From Octopus vulgaris (lineage: Eukaryota): a stretch of DNA of 64,000 bases. This document shows positions 37,230-50,856 of this stretch, piece by piece. The DNA lies in NCBI GenBank assembly GCA_951406725.2, contig OX597820.1:30814001-30878000 (forward strand), given 5' to 3'. A program made the position numbers and the translations under genes. The notes below the pieces were generated by a model. The model did not search any database. It saw only the letters and a list, made by a program, of their open reading frames with translations, and was not told the origin of the DNA. Numbering within the stretch: position 1 is the stretch's first letter; every line of letters begins with the position of its first letter.

Positions 37230-37352
37230 ATCCAGTGGAGTTTTGTTAAGTTTATTCTTTGCATTTATTTTGGTCAATGGATGGTTCACAAGGACTTCGA
37301 TGACGCCTTTGTAGCCAGCCTTGCAAGCAAAGTGTAGTGGTGTTTCACATGA
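37230..37352 (-). CDS. ANKLE2: ANKLE2 exon (ankyrin repeat)
   Basis: SCETPLHFACKAGYKGVIEVLVNHPLTKINAKNKLNKTPLD has the TPLH ankyrin motif. 123 nt, phase 0/0, GTGAGT donor. Confidence 0.94.
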
Positions 37353-37994
37353 CTGTAGTGAAAGAAAGAAAGAAAATGGATGTAAAATAGACAAAACAAA
37401 CAAACCAAACACAAATAGCTACAAATAAACATATTAAACTGTCAATGCATGAGACCAAGTAATAAGGTAGCCACTGTATGGTTGTTTGACCTGTTAAAAA
37501 TAGCAGTCAAATCAAACTATTGTGTTAAAAAAAGAAATAAAAATGGAAAGGGAAATATTGGATCATGTAGCTCTAAATACACTATATCTGAGAGGAAAAT
37601 GGCCAAAACACATGGGGTGTTCATAATGGGAATGCCTTTGATCGTGAACCTGCAAGATTAGAGCTGACCTGGAGTTTAACAAGTGAAAGTCAGGTAGATA
37701 ACCCTTGCACCACAGCTCTCCATGACCAGCACAGCGTTGGGCTTATCCTGGTTCACTTGCTGTTACTGGTTGGTTTCTTTCCCTCCACTTACACTCCATC
37801 CAAGATGGAGACAAGTACCAACATCTCATGCAGCAGGTTTGATAACTGCCGAGAATTCTTTATATGAAACCCATGGGTGCCTTGTTAACTCACAAATAAA
37901 GAAGATTCATCCACCAATGCAGTGTTAAGCATTAATTCTTGCTGTTTGTTATTAGAGTGTATGTGTATGTATGCATGTATGTATGTATATATCT

Positions 37995-39060
37995 CGTTCA
38001 CAGAGGAGTTTTACAAACAGTTCTCGGGAGTGGCCATGGGAACGAGATTGGGCCCCAACTGTGCGAACCTGTTCGTTGGCTATGTTGAGGCCCAAATACC
38101 TTCAAGATTCACTGGTCCCACTCCCGAACTATATGGTTGTTATATTAATGACTGTATTGGTGCGACCTCGCTCTCCCGCAAACAACTAAATTCCTTCCTC
38201 TCTTTTGTCCAATCTTTCCATTCTGCCCTTGAATTCTCCTGCACCATTTCCAAACTTCAGTTGCCCTTCTTGACATTTCGGTCAACATAAACCATTCCAC
38301 TCTCACCACTTCCATCCATTACAAACACACCAACTCACACTCATACCTCAACTTCACCTCCTCCCACCCTACCCACACCAAGCTCTCCATCCTCTACTCC
38401 CAATTCTGCCATCTGTGCAAGCTCTGCAGTGACAACCATGACTTTGAGACTCAGTCTCAACTCATGGCTTGCCACTTCATTCTTTGTGGATATCCCCTCA
38501 CCACTATCTACACTGCTCTTGCCAGAGCACATTACATGGACCATGCATCTGCTCTCTCTCTCCACACCCGCCCCACCATTATCCATCTCCCCTCACCTAC
38601 CACTCCTCCACCCTGCCTCACCAACACACCATTCTGAGCCTTCTGGCGACTCCAGTCTGACCCCTCCACTTCACACATCTTCCCCAACCTAACCCTTCTC
38701 TCCTTCAAATGAGCCCACAACCTACGTGATCTCCTGGTCCACAGTTTCTTCCCCAACCCCACCTACCAACCTGGCACATTCCCCTGCTCCTGCCCATACC
38801 TCTCTCTAACACCACCATCCTCACAAGCACCCATCATATCACTGACACCTTTATATGCATTTCTAGCAACGTCTCTCCTGCTCTTTCTGTCCTTCTCTGA
38901 ACATTGGCCAAAATGTGACACCGCTTGACTGACCGGTTCGCGGAACACCTCTGAGACGTTAGACTTGGCAATGACACCTCGGTCTTGTGCCATTTCCTAT
39001 CTACTGGTCATTCATCACAACCCCTGTCTGTGTTTGGATTGTCTTTGCACAGTTGGCCTG
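37995..39060 (+). mobile_element. Decayed Penelope-like retroelement (RT plus GIY-YIG endonuclease remnants)
   Basis: FYKQFSGVAMGTRLGPNCANLFVGYVE...YINDCIG...LPFL (PLE RT motifs; YIDD reads YIND). Downstream pieces DTFICISSNV, CSFCPSLNIGQ and RLTDRFAEHL resemble GIY-YIG, with frameshifts. Confidence 0.85.
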
Positions 39061-40507
39061 AAATTTGTGATGCAGAGTAGGGCTGTTGTCCATTACACCA
39101 ACCTCAGTACTCAACTGGTACTTGTTGACCTCCACAGAATTTGAACTCAGAACAAATGAGAAAAAGTCAACAAAATGTGATGATCTGTACCTTACACACA
39201 CACACAAACATACATATATATGTATGCATGCATATTCTTTTTCAGCCATGAAGTTGCAGTCATGCTGGAGCAACACACACACACACACTCACACATTAAA
39301 TATTAAACTAGTTCTTTTGTTTTAAAAGTATTTCTTCTGAAACAAGAGGCAGTGATGTTTTGTTAGACACTGATTGTTGTGGATAAGTTTTAGCCAGGAA
39401 AACAAAAAGTTATGCTGCTTTGTGCTGGGGCTCATGTTTATGCTTGTGTCGATTTTTTGATTTTTTTCTTTTTAAAAATAAACTATGAAATTAATTAAAA
39501 ATATATTTCTGGCAAAATTTACAAGTTGCTGTTTTATTTTGATCAAAATACCTGCTACTCCAGCCACTGCAATTATAATTCTTTCACTTTCCCTAACCAA
39601 CATGTAATATCTCCGATTGCCACTCACTCCCTCTTTCTCTCCATCAGTAATTTCAGTCTTCTTCTACCAAATGTGACCTTCAGCAAAAACACATTGTGTT
39701 TGCCAGCCTCACCTGGCCTCTGTGCCGGTAGCACGTAAAAAGCACTATCTGATCGTGGCCGTTTGCCAGCCTCGTCTGGCACGTAAAAAGCACTCACTAC
39801 ACTCACGGAGTGATTGGCATTAGGAAGGGCATCCAGCTGTAGAAACACTGCCAGATCAGACTGGGCCTGGCGCAGCCTTCTGGCTTCCCAGACCCCAGTT
39901 GAACCGTCCAACCCATGCATGGAGAGCGGACATTAAACAATGATGATATGTGTGTATAACAGGCATTTTGATCAAACAAAAAGGGTGTATGATGCTAGAG
40001 GAGGAATAGTTCTTCATGGTGAGAGGTGGTAACTTTCTTTCAGGAGTTGGTCAGGATCTTATTTGGTTCTCACTCTTGTATGTGGCTGCATAAGGCTCCA
40101 CAGATGTTGTTGTGTATGGTGGCAGCTACACTCTGTTTTCTGGTTTCAAATGACCAGCTAAACTACATGAGTGAACCCAAGGGTTACACCTGAGAGTGGG
40201 AATATCTATCCCTACGTGCACAAAACCTGGAACAGCAGAAAGGTCAATGAACTTGAAGGCACAACAACAGGGTATGTGAGAAACCATAAGATAGGGTGAG
40301 TCAAGACACAGAAGGCAATATCTATCAGTAATATGGAAAGGATTGAGAGGCTCCATCATATAGCATCCCAAAGAAATACCAATGACGATCCAAAGAACTG
40401 GAAGTACTTTGAAAGCCAACCCCAAGACATGGGGTGGGCACTTGGCTAATGGTGAGGTTTGTATTTAGATATATAAGGAATATAAAAGGTAAATAGACAA
40501 TACAAAC

Positions 40508-40693
40508 CCCTTTGTCTGGTGTGTTAAGGTAGTAATCTATCAGACGCTCTGTTCTATCACATATGCTATCATCATTGATACCATACAATTTGCAGAAGAA
40601 ATTTGGATCCTGGATGACTTCAAGGATTATTTTGATAATCTCAGGCTTATTCATTTTGGCAGCGATATGAAAAGCGTTGTAACGGGCACCCAC
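40508..40693 (-). CDS. ANKLE2: ANKLE2 exon (ankyrin region)
   Basis: VGARYNAFHIAAKMNKPEII...LIDYYLNTPDKG. 186 nt, phase 0/0. Confidence 0.93.
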
Positions 40694-41459
40694 CTGAAAT
40701 AGAGAAAAGAAAGAAAGTAAGAATTACAATCATATGAATTATCTAGGGAATAAGGAGTTATCAAGTGCCTGATTAAAAGAGTTTTGACAAAGTGGAAGGA
40801 GAAGAAAGGGGAAACCTTAATTGTAGACCTGTTTGTTCTTTATATGTTTACAATATTTCAATCAATATGTCCTTCATATGATATTAACAATGAAGATGAT
40901 ATCCAAAGCATTTAACAAAGATATCAACATTGATAATGACAATGACATTTCTCATCATCATCATTTGCTATTCTTATACCTAGCCAGCAAGGGTTGAAGA
41001 GTTTGACAGGACCTGACAGGTTCAAGGAGCGCATCAAGGTCCACAGTCTGCTTTGACACAGGTTCTACAGCTGGATGCCCTTTCTAGTAGTATAGAGACA
41101 CAAACATTGCTTAGAAAATAATTTTCATTTTTAACCTGTATATAGTATGCACTAGGGATTTTGACCATTAAATTTTAAGAAAAAAATGCGAATTATACTC
41201 AAGGATTTACGGCATCCACATTGTTTTGAATTTATCCAGCATTATCTTGTAGCCTTGGAGATTTCAATTGTGTGACTGTATAATTTTTAGACTAACATTA
41301 TAGGGTAGGTGTGAGAGGTTGGATCTGGCCAATTTGAACATAAAGCAGGAAGAATATTTTGGCCAGATAGGGCCAGTTTAAATGTTAAATAGTTAAGGAA
41401 ACAACAACACGGAGAATTCCTTTCCAAAATAAAATAAATGAGTTGTAACTGTTGCTTAC

Positions 41460-41654
41460 GTGCAAAAGAGGTGGGGTGTCCCCACTGCTGACCAAGAAAT
41501 AAGGATTGCAGGTAATGAGCTGTTTGAAATTTTTGTATTGGCCCGATTCGATGAGTTCCCTCATTTTCAGCAACTCGATGGTACGTGGCATCCTGTAACT
41601 TCCCTTTTCATTTAATCCTGCTAACTTCACTGCAACACTGTCATCAGCGACTGA
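41460..41654 (-). CDS. ANKLE2: ANKLE2 exon
   Basis: SVADDSVAVKLAGLNEKGSYRMPRTIELLKMRELIESGQYKNFKQLITCNPYFLVSSGDTPPLLH contains the ANKLE2 NPxYLxxSGDxP motif. 195 nt, phase 0/0, canonical AG/GT. Confidence 0.92.
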
Positions 41655-41722
41655 CTGGAGAGAAAGTAAGTGAAGTTAGTATGCTAGTAGAGAGAATTAT
41701 GAATATAAATAGATAGAGAGGT

Positions 41723-41817
41723 ATACAGACAGAATTAGGAGACGCAAGTAGCTTCAATCCATCACACAATACAGACAGAATTAGGAGACGCATGTAGCTT
41801 CAATCCATCACACAATA
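41723..41817. repeat. Tandem duplication, period 46 bp
   Basis: atacagacagaattaggagacgcaWgtagcttcaatccatcacaca occurs twice. Confidence 0.9.
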
Positions 41818-43903
41818 GCAAACAACAGACCTGGTATTACAACACAAATTATTCTCCCACTGCTTACAAGTGTTAATCTGTTGTCTGATCCAGGTCAGCT
41901 CTGATTGAACAGACCTGTGAGTAAATACACTCCAGCCATGACCTTCCTGCTTATATATATAATGTATACACAAACATACATACACATTTACCCCAGACAC
42001 ATGCAAATACACGGGACTAAATTGTATGTGGATTTCCTATTTAAAGATAGTAAGGTATGATTTGTGAAAATTTGGCTGTTATTTTTAGCAATTTGAGTAG
42101 CAGTGTTTCACTTTAAACCTACTCCCTGTAGTGGACTTAGCAACAGGATGCAAACCTTTGATCTCAGTGCTGGTTGTCTGCTTGCCAATCTACTTGATTG
42201 TACACCAGAACTATTCATACTTTCTTAGATATCATTGTAAACCTTAATTTGAGAGACAGAGAGAAATTCTAATTGTAGTTGTTTTGCCCAGAGATTTGGA
42301 CAGATTTATGATCAAAACTGTTACAACCATGAAGACCATCACAAATTTTATGACTACACTGTTCAATGTCTCCTTTTAATTTTAAGACAGTAAATATATG
42401 GGTTTTTTTTTTTTTTTGTCAGGCATGGAGGCACATAGTTTAGTGGTTAGGATGCTTGGCTCATGATTGTAAGATTGGTAATTTTGATTCTTGGACCAGG
42501 AGATGCCTTATGTTCCAGATCAAAACACTTTATTTCGTGATGCTCCAATCCACTCAGCTGGCAAAAATGAGTATTCTTCTGACAGACGGGTGTCCTGTTT
42601 AGTGGAGAGTATACACACCAGAGAATCTGGGAAACTTGCCCCTATGAGCCCACAAGACTCAAGAATGAGGGGGGGCTATCAACTCACTCACAACTGCAAT
42701 TAGTAACAACCTATTGCAAAGTTGGAGTGTCAGGGATAAAACCATTTCCCCACTAAACCGGGCAAAAATACCTGTCAAGAGAACGGATAAACTCAACAGA
42801 GGGTCAACAATTATCTAGCAATAATGTCTGGAGTGCTTTAAGACCACTGAGAGCAAGGCTCCCCTCAACTTTTGTTAACCCTTTTACTGCAGAAACCAGA
42901 TATATCCACCCAAAATTTCATCACCCTTAACTATGGAAAGCAGTTATTATATATCTATCTTTTGTTGAAGTATGTCATGTTTAAAAGAATTTTTTGTTGA
43001 GATATACCAAGTTTATTAAGGCAATGTGATGTGGAAAATATCAATTCTATTTTTTGGTTAATATTTAAAAATTCATTACTGGAATAACCATGAAATAGAA
43101 TTTTACAGTTAACCTTTTTGTTACCAACTTTGTTTAAATTAATTTTAAAAATAATGAAAAATTTACCCAAATAATTGTCATTATTAAACTGCTTGGAGCA
43201 TAAATTAACCTGAAATTTTGGTGGGATGTTTTAACTTAGATATCTTTAAAACCAGAGGTTTGTTATCATAGAGCCAGGGGCAGTTTCAGGCAGACTGGTA
43301 TCAAAAGGGTTAAAGCAAGTTTCTAGGACTTGCACTCACAGAAAAAGCCGAGAGGATGGTCAGAATTTGGCAGCCAGACAAGGAGAAGGACAACTCTGAA
43401 CATAAATCCTCCCTGCTTGTGAGTGACTGTGAAGAGACGAAGGCTAAGGCAGTAGACCCTGACAGTAAATTGGTCAGAAGTGAACTCAGGGCACATCAAC
43501 ACTATTCAATCCGAAGAATACATGAAAACACAAAGAATGAGCTGCCTTAAGCAGGCATATCTATTCAGTCATATGATTTGAGGGAGATTTTGACTGCTAT
43601 TTCTAGTAGGCCTATTGATTATATAGAAACTACTTTTGTAGAGCACCAAGCTAAAGTATTTCATTTTCGTGTCACCACAGTCAGCCCTCATTCCAATTGT
43701 GCCTATCCTGTATTTTGTATAATTACAACTACATTGTCTGGAGTGTCTTTCCCTTTTCAAGACAGGGGCAGTATGAAACAGCATAATTTGAGGGAGATTT
43801 GACCGCTTGTTTTAGCAAGCTGAGTGATCATTAGAAGCTCCCTTGCTGGGGCATAAAGAGGAACACAACAAAACTATGAAGAAGTAAAAAAATTTTTACT
43901 TAC

Positions 43904-44031
43904 AGTTAGATTTGCCCTAGTAAACTCTTCAGCTTCCTGGAATGTTTGGAAAGACTTAAACCTGGCATCTTTGTATTTCTTCATCTCTTTTAGAGCTTTT
44001 GCCTTGCTGTTAAACACCAAACCGGAAGAAT
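43904..44031 (-). CDS. ANKLE2: ANKLE2 exon: caulimovirus viroplasmin/RNase H1 N-terminal-like domain (most 5' exon found; needs an upstream phase-1 exon)
   Basis: SSGLVFNSKAKALKEMKKYKDARFKSFQTFQEAEEFTRANLT resembles the ANKLE2 KEAL..K..RFKAF.T.E.AE.F motif. AG acceptor and GTAAGT donor; phase 1 in, phase 0 out. Confidence 0.85.
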
Positions 44032-44179
44032 CTTTAAAAATAAAAAGACAAAATACAAAAATATTTAATAAAGTGATATATATCTCTGTTTGTCTGTTTA
44101 TCTATCTAGCTGTATCAAACACACCATCTTCACTATTTGTCTAATGTCATCTGTTTGTCGAACACATACTTTGATTGTC

Positions 44180-44312
44180 TGTCAAACACACATGTTGTTA
44201 TGTTTGTCAAACAAAATCTATTGACCATCTTACATATGACACCTATGTCAAACACATATGTTGTTATGTTTGTCAAACAAAATCTATTGACCATCTTGCA
44301 TATGACATCTAT
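44180..44312. repeat. Tandem duplication, period 66 bp
   Basis: gtcaaacac..atgttgttatgtttgtcaaacaaaatctattgaccatctt occurs twice, at 44181 and 44247. Confidence 0.9.
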
Positions 44313-44397
44313 CTGCAAGTCTAACTGTGTATTCGTGCATCTAATTTCGTTTTTGGATTTGGTTTGCAAGATTCTTTATATGAGTTCGTGTGTTGAA

Positions 44398-44662
44398 GCA
44401 TATTCTGTTGTATCTGGGGAGAGTCATTTTCTTTTTGTGCCTTATAATGTAACACACTCACCGGTAAAATTTCCACTCATTTCTAATTTTTATTTTCCTA
44501 AAATTTTCGTTGTGTCTTGCAATCTTTTCAATAGTCTTTGCAAGATGCAACGAAAATTTTAGGAAAATAAAAATAAGAAATAAGTGGAAATTTTACCGGT
44601 GAGTGTGTTACATTATAAGGCACAAAAAGAAAATGACTCTCCCCAGACACAACAGAATGTGC
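44398..44662. repeat. Long palindrome (125-bp arms, 15-nt spacer)
   Basis: 44398-44522 versus 44538-44662, with few mismatches. Confidence 0.92.
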
Positions 44663-46908
44663 ATCTAATGATACCAATAATGATACCAATGGACTAGAAT
44701 AGGGAGGAGAGGTAAGCAGGGATAGCTAAATCAGTGTTTCTTTTCGGTATTTAATGTGTGACTTGTAGAAGTATGGAAGCTGAACTCCTCCTTATATCAC
44801 AGTATTTAAAAGGTAATGAAGAATTTTCAGGCTTTTTGGGTGCATGAGTGAAAGTGTGTGTGTGTGTACACTAAGAGTATGTAAAAAATGGAGATGTGAG
44901 AGAGGAAGAGTCCACCACAGAACCTGAGGGCATGCAATGGACAGAAAGAAAGAGAGACGTTTGTTCATGCACTAACTCATACCTGAAGTTTATCAGGCGA
45001 TTCTTTGAGCAATCTTAGCCACCTCTGATGCTCACACACTGCAATGTAGTGGCTGTCCGTGTAAGGCAGAGTGTTAAGATAAGCTGTATGCATTTTGATG
45101 AACACTTTAGTAGTAACCAGCAATGCATCCCGGCGTTGCCAGTATGTTATGACCTACAACCACATTGTATTATTTGTTCCTTTCTTATGGGCAGAATCAG
45201 CACAGCTGATATATAGTGAACTGGATTACTGGTGGAATGGAAGTTATTGTTTGTTTAAAAGCAAAGTGGGGGCACAATTTGCATGGGTTTGCATGAAAGT
45301 GCTTTCTGTTCTCAAGAAAGATCACATTCTATGTACTGTTTCATCATATAAAAGGGGGTTAATATGATCTTACCCAGAAACTATGTTTTCAAAGTTTTAA
45401 TCCACCCACCTTGTCCCCACTACAAATTCTTAATTTGTGACTTTTTTATTATTCACATAGAAAAATACAGAGATTATGAATCTGGGAAATATATATTTTT
45501 TCAAAGTTTAATTTTTCTTAAAGAAACACTCAATGCCCCTTCCCCCACCCATTGCCTACCTGCTTCCAAAAAGCTAAAACTTCCCAATGTTTCACTTTTG
45601 TCTGATGTTTCACACATATGTAGAATTGTACTGAAACAGTAAACCTAAAAAATACCAAACCACCACCACCAGAAAACACGACATGCTAGAAACAACAGGT
45701 AAATGACATAATTTCTGAAGAAACTTCCCTGCTTTAAAAAATACTAAAAGTAAAACATTAGGAGTTCGTAGCTTTTAGAAAGTGGTGAGGTGATGGGTGG
45801 ATGTTTGGGAAGAAAATTTTAGTGTTTCTTTAAGAAAAAAGGAAGAAAATTCTTAAAGATTCATATTCTCTGGGTTTTTTTCCTCTGGATTACCAAGAAA
45901 AAAATTTGGAAGAAAGTAAAAATGAAGAAAATTAAAATATTTAGAATGTGTCTTTTGGTTGAAATCCTAATCTCCTGTATCATAAACAGAGGAATCGGAA
46001 GAAATCTAAGAAAAAAAATAGGGGGGAGAGACTCAGATGTCACCTTGGACATGCTAGAAACAACAGGTAGGGGACAGAATTTCTGGGAAAACCTCCTTTT
46101 AAGTTTATATCAAAGACCAAGTTTTTAAATACGCTCATCACAAACACAAATTACAGAATAGAAAAAGGTAATTTCAATTGGATTTGAGCTGTAATTTTGC
46201 ATGTGCACACAGCAAGAAATAACATGATTTATACAGAAGTTTTACCTAGAGTGTGTGAGTGTGTGTGTGTGCCAAAGGAAGTTATTTTATTGCATTCTTT
46301 CGTTTGAAGCAGTAAAATTGTCAACTCGACCATATGGTTGTTGATTAATTCCAGTAAAATGTTTTTTATGCTTTGAAGAGCAGAAATCGAGAGGAGAAAG
46401 TGAAAAGGTGACATTTGCTTTAAAGTGAGAGCAGAAAGTGAAAGATGAATGTAGCGTGTATAAAATGGACATTTGTATGTGTGAGAGAGAGAGAATAAAG
46501 GTGTGTGTTGTATTACATTTTATTTCACCATATTATTGTGCATCTGAGTAAGACAGATAACCCTGCTTGTTTCAGTTTGCTTACATTTTCCATGGGTTGG
46601 CTGGGTCATCACAGTCTGAGGGGACAGTTCTTAATGTGGAGTGACTGCTCCTCTTAGATGAAATGAAGGACCCTGTCTCCTTCATCTATTTTGTTTTCTA
46701 CCACCAACCACATGGGTACATTTTATTGCACCACCAGCACAAGAGGATGTCTTGTCTTCAACAAGAATCAAGGGAGTCTTTTGTAGTCCATGTCTTCATT
46801 CATTTACCAAACACTTTACAGAGTGTACTTGGTGCATTTCAACACAGCACCAGTACAAGTAGCAGTGCCTTGTACCCATTATTTATACTTCAGAGAAGGC
46901 TAGGGGGG

Positions 46909-46909
<1 letters not shown>

Positions 46910-46973
<64 letters not shown>
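46910..46973. repeat. (GA)n microsatellite
   Basis: Pure GA run of about 30 units. Confidence 0.95.
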
Positions 46974-46975
<2 letters not shown>

Positions 46976-47611
46976 TAAAGTATCCAGGTGTAGAAAACCC
47001 CCCCGAAAAACTACTTTTCTAAATAAAACCATTCCATCAATGCAAATCTGGAAAAGTGAGTAAACTTGTATAACCACCACCACAAAAAAAAAATGATTGT
47101 AAATTATTCTATGTGCTCTTTATTATTTTTTTTTTTTGAAATGGTAAAGGGAAAATGGAAAATATTTCGCTGCTGTTTCTAGCAAATTGAGTGAGTATGC
47201 AGCAGATCCCTGACAATGCTTTTGTTTATGCTGTTAATTAAATTAAGAAAAAAAAAAAAAAAATGCAAACAAAAATCTTTTGAAGATAAGGAACAGAAGA
47301 ATTTAGCAATGACAGTAGGACATATTAATGTGTGGTGGTGTGGTGGTGGTGGTGGTAGTGGGGATGTGACCCAATTCTTTCTTGGGGCATGTCACTTCTG
47401 TTGACATGTAGGTAATGGTGGCAGTGGTGGTAATTACTGCATAATACCACTGCTGTCACCGTTTTACCAACAGCAAGAACAATAATGTCAAGAATAATCC
47501 AGACCACCACCACCACCAAAGGAACTTCTTTTTGGTGGCCCAACTTGCTAGAAATAGTCAAATTAACTTCAAATTATACCCTACCATATTAGCAAAAAAA
47601 AAAAAAAAAAG

Positions 47612-47964
47612 CCAGTGGCTGTATGGAATGTAGCTTGCATACCAGCCACATGGTTCCAGGTTCAGTCCCACTGCATGGCACTTTGGGCAAGTGTCTTCTA
47701 CTATAGCGTCAGGCCAACCAAAGCCTTGTGAGTGGATTTGGTAGAGGGAAACTGAAAGCCTGTCGTATATATGTATATATATATGTATGTGTGTCTGTGT
47801 TTGTCCCCCCCAACATCACTTGACAACCGATGCTGGTGTGTTTATGTCTCCGTAACTTAGCAGTTCAGCAAAAGAGAACAGTCCTGGGGTCGATTTGCTC
47901 GACTAAAGGCGGTGCTCCAGCATGGCTGCAGTCAAATGACTGAAACAAGTAAAAGAGTAAAGAG
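47612..47964 (+). mobile_element. SINE family A copy with internal deletion
   Basis: Colinear with family A but lacks about 35 bp before gtcctggggtcg. Confidence 0.85.
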
Positions 47965-49019
47965 ATGGTTATGGCTGAGATGACTGATCAAAGATTAACA
48001 CAACCTAAGTTGACTTGGAAAGTTAATGAGAAACATCCAATACTATCATCAGGACTTACACTGTCAAGAAGATACATGGGACCAATGAGAGAGCTTCAAT
48101 GTGGTCAGTCAACTTGTTAGAAATAACAGCCAGATTTCACTCAGATCATGGAAGAACACGGGTCAGATCAGACATGGGTAATCTTTTCCACAAAGTGGGC
48201 CACATGAGACACAACTCATCATTAAGTGGGTTCATCATCATCATCATCTTTTAACGTCCATTTTTGCATGCTGGCATGGGTTGGACAGTTTGATCAGAGC
48301 TGTCAAGCCAGAGAGCTGCACCAAGTTCCAGTCTGATTCGGTTTGGTTTCTCTGGCTGGATACCCTTTCTAACATCAACCACTTGTGTTGGATGCTTTTC
48401 AACATGACATTGGAATGACATGGCAAGAATTCAAGGTAATTTTTTTCATTTAGGTGCACCATTCAGAAAGTCCCATAGGCCATTGTTTGCCCTTGATTGC
48501 ATTAAGTGATGTCGTCCTAGGTAACCCTAAAAAATAGAAATGACGAGTGTGGCCTGATTATCTTTGATTACTAATCTTTCCATTTATGACCAACAAGGAG
48601 CTAAGCAACAACAACAACAACAATTACGCCACCGCTGCCACTGTCACTCTACATCTTGTCTTCAGACAAACTTGTCAAATGTACAATCTTGAGATTTTCT
48701 GTTTCTCTTCTTCTCCAAACGTTTTTTTTTTCTTCTACGCAAACCATTCTCTCCCCTATTTCTTTCTGCACCCTATCCAATGCTTGCTACACTTGTTCTT
48801 TTTATCTCTTGCACTTCCTCTTTTTCCTTCCTCCATCTCTTGCAGCCACTAAAAAAAAGGGGAGGGGGGAGGAGACTCTCCCATTTTCCCTCTTTTCCTT
48901 ATATTGCTTTTCTCATTTAATTTCCACTTCACAACTCCCTCTTGTTTTCTACCCTGCCCTATCACACACACACACACACTCTCTCTCTCTTCCTTTCTCC
49001 ATCTCTCTCTTGTGTCCTG

Positions 49020-49670
49020 GCATATTCATGCTGTTGATGAATCATGGCTTGTTTCTCCTCCATTTATTTCTGCCTCTTGCAACATCACCCAGGTCTTTCT
49101 CACTCTGCACATTCATTCTCTTCTTCATCCAGTCGAACATCTTCATTGTTTGCCTTCCTCTCGCTCTCCTTTCCACCAGTTCAGTCTCCACCATGTAATA
49201 CTCCGTTCCGTCATCCACTCTGAGAAAATGACCAACAAATCTCCACTGTCTTTCTCTTCACTTTCATCACCCTCTGTACCCACAAGATTCTAAGCATTTT
49301 TCTTTAAAAACCACAGCTTTGAGTCTCTTCTCCATGACTTTGCTTATCCTCCAAGGCTCACATCCTTGTGTTAGCACCGACCAGATGTAGCACTTCAATA
49401 GTCTTTTCTCGACTTCCATTCCAATTCTGTACTTGATGCCCTTATCTGACCTTCCATCTGATGTTATCCAACTTCTCACATATATGAAACTGTCCTTCTG
49501 CTCTATCCCAGTTCCATTCACCGTCAAGCGACATGCAAGTACCCGTGTTTCTTGTTGCAGACCATTGAGAAGGTTTTCTGGCAGTTAATCTTCAACCTTT
49601 CTCCATACAGCTCTCATTTCCAATCACTCTTTTTCTTGAATAGGCCTTGAAGTTCTTCTCTGTCACACCA
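49020..49670 (-). mobile_element. RTE-clade LINE 3' fragment
   Basis: VNGTGIEQKDSFIYVRSWITSDGRSDKGIKYRIGM..KRLLKCYIWSVLTQGCEPW, typical of the RTE post-RT region; frameshifted. Confidence 0.8.
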
Positions 49671-50856
49671 CATAACCCTTACATTTTCTTGACCATTATG
49701 GCTTTTGAGTAGTGGCAATGCTGACTGGGCAGTAGTAGTAGTAGTGGCAGCACTAGTTGTTGTTGTCAATGCTGTGGACATCTTTGCTGGAAACAGAGTT
49801 TTAGCTTCTGACCACACAACATCTTTTATTGAAAAGATAGTGTATCTAAGATAGTACAGCATGTTGAACAAATTGATTGACCACAGAGAGGATCCTCATT
49901 AGCTCAAATTAGTAAGATGATACCCAGGCAATTAATTAAGATCCAGGTAAAAAAATTTAAAAAACAACAACAAAAACAAAAACCCAGTAAAAATAAAGGT
50001 GTTAGGGTGAGATAGAAAACCAATGTAATTAATACTTTGGCAGAAAGGAGACTGAAATTTAATTGGAATGGCCATTTTTCTAAGTAAACAATCATGTCGT
50101 GCAAAAGGCATTTCAACCTTAGAAAAGCGCTGGTGCAATTGTGTACACCACCAAGCTTTTTGATTCCCTGTGAAATAAATGTGAATTTAGCACTTTTTGC
50201 AAGTTTCTAAATGGTCAGAATGGCTCTGTAACAGTATAATATCTTCATTTCCAAGGTAACTTTTATTTTTTACTTTGTTTTAGACATAAGACTGCAGGCA
50301 GGCAGGGGCATTGCCATAAAGGGCTTAGTCAAACAAACTGATCCCCAGTAATGTTGTTTCCCAAGCCAGGTACTTATTCTATCAGTTCCTTTTTGCTGAA
50401 CTGCTAAGTTATGGGAATGTAAACAAATTAACACCAGTTGTCAAAGGGTGGTGGGGAATAAACACAAACATTAGGATACACACATATCATAGGCATGCAG
50501 CCCATGGAAGCAAGGGAAGCAATGCTTCCCTTAAAAATTATAGAAACAAAATTGAAACTATTTTTTAAATTTTATCTATTTTAAGCTCACAAGCTGCTAC
50601 AAAGAACCAAATTGCTCTAATCAATAGTGGCAAGAAACCAAAGGGGAAAGCAACCAGAGAATTCATCACCTTTTTTCATCCAGGACAGCAGATCCATTTA
50701 TGAATGATGAAAACTGGAATGGCTGTTGGGAGGTGGCTGCAGATTTTCCAGGGTGCCAAAGATTCTTCCCCCATACCAGTTATACGTAATCCAGATTTAT
50801 TAAGCTGGTGTTTGGAACCAGAATAAACAAGAAATTTAAAATTTGAATCACTTTAA

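Noticed and set aside
44137-44562. 141-aa ORF with an internal repeat
   Set aside because: Produced by the 66-bp tandem duplication and the palindrome arm; antisense within an ANKLE2 intron.
44983-45093. Possible ANKLE2 first exon MHTAYLNTLPY...SPDKLQ with a CAG|GTATGA donor
   Set aside because: Ends in phase 0 while the next exon needs phase 1, and the phase-1 frame has a TAA. It could only join 41654 by skipping; no homology support.
48586-49293. Long hydrophobic plus-strand ORFs (180 aa, 129 aa)
   Set aside because: Pyrimidine-rich low-complexity DNA and the antisense of an RTE fragment.
49683-49822. Possible exon MSTALTTTTSAATTTTTAQ...GQEN with a GTAAG donor
   Set aside because: Low-complexity trinucleotide origin, weak acceptor, phase mismatch with 44031, and adjacent to an RTE fragment.
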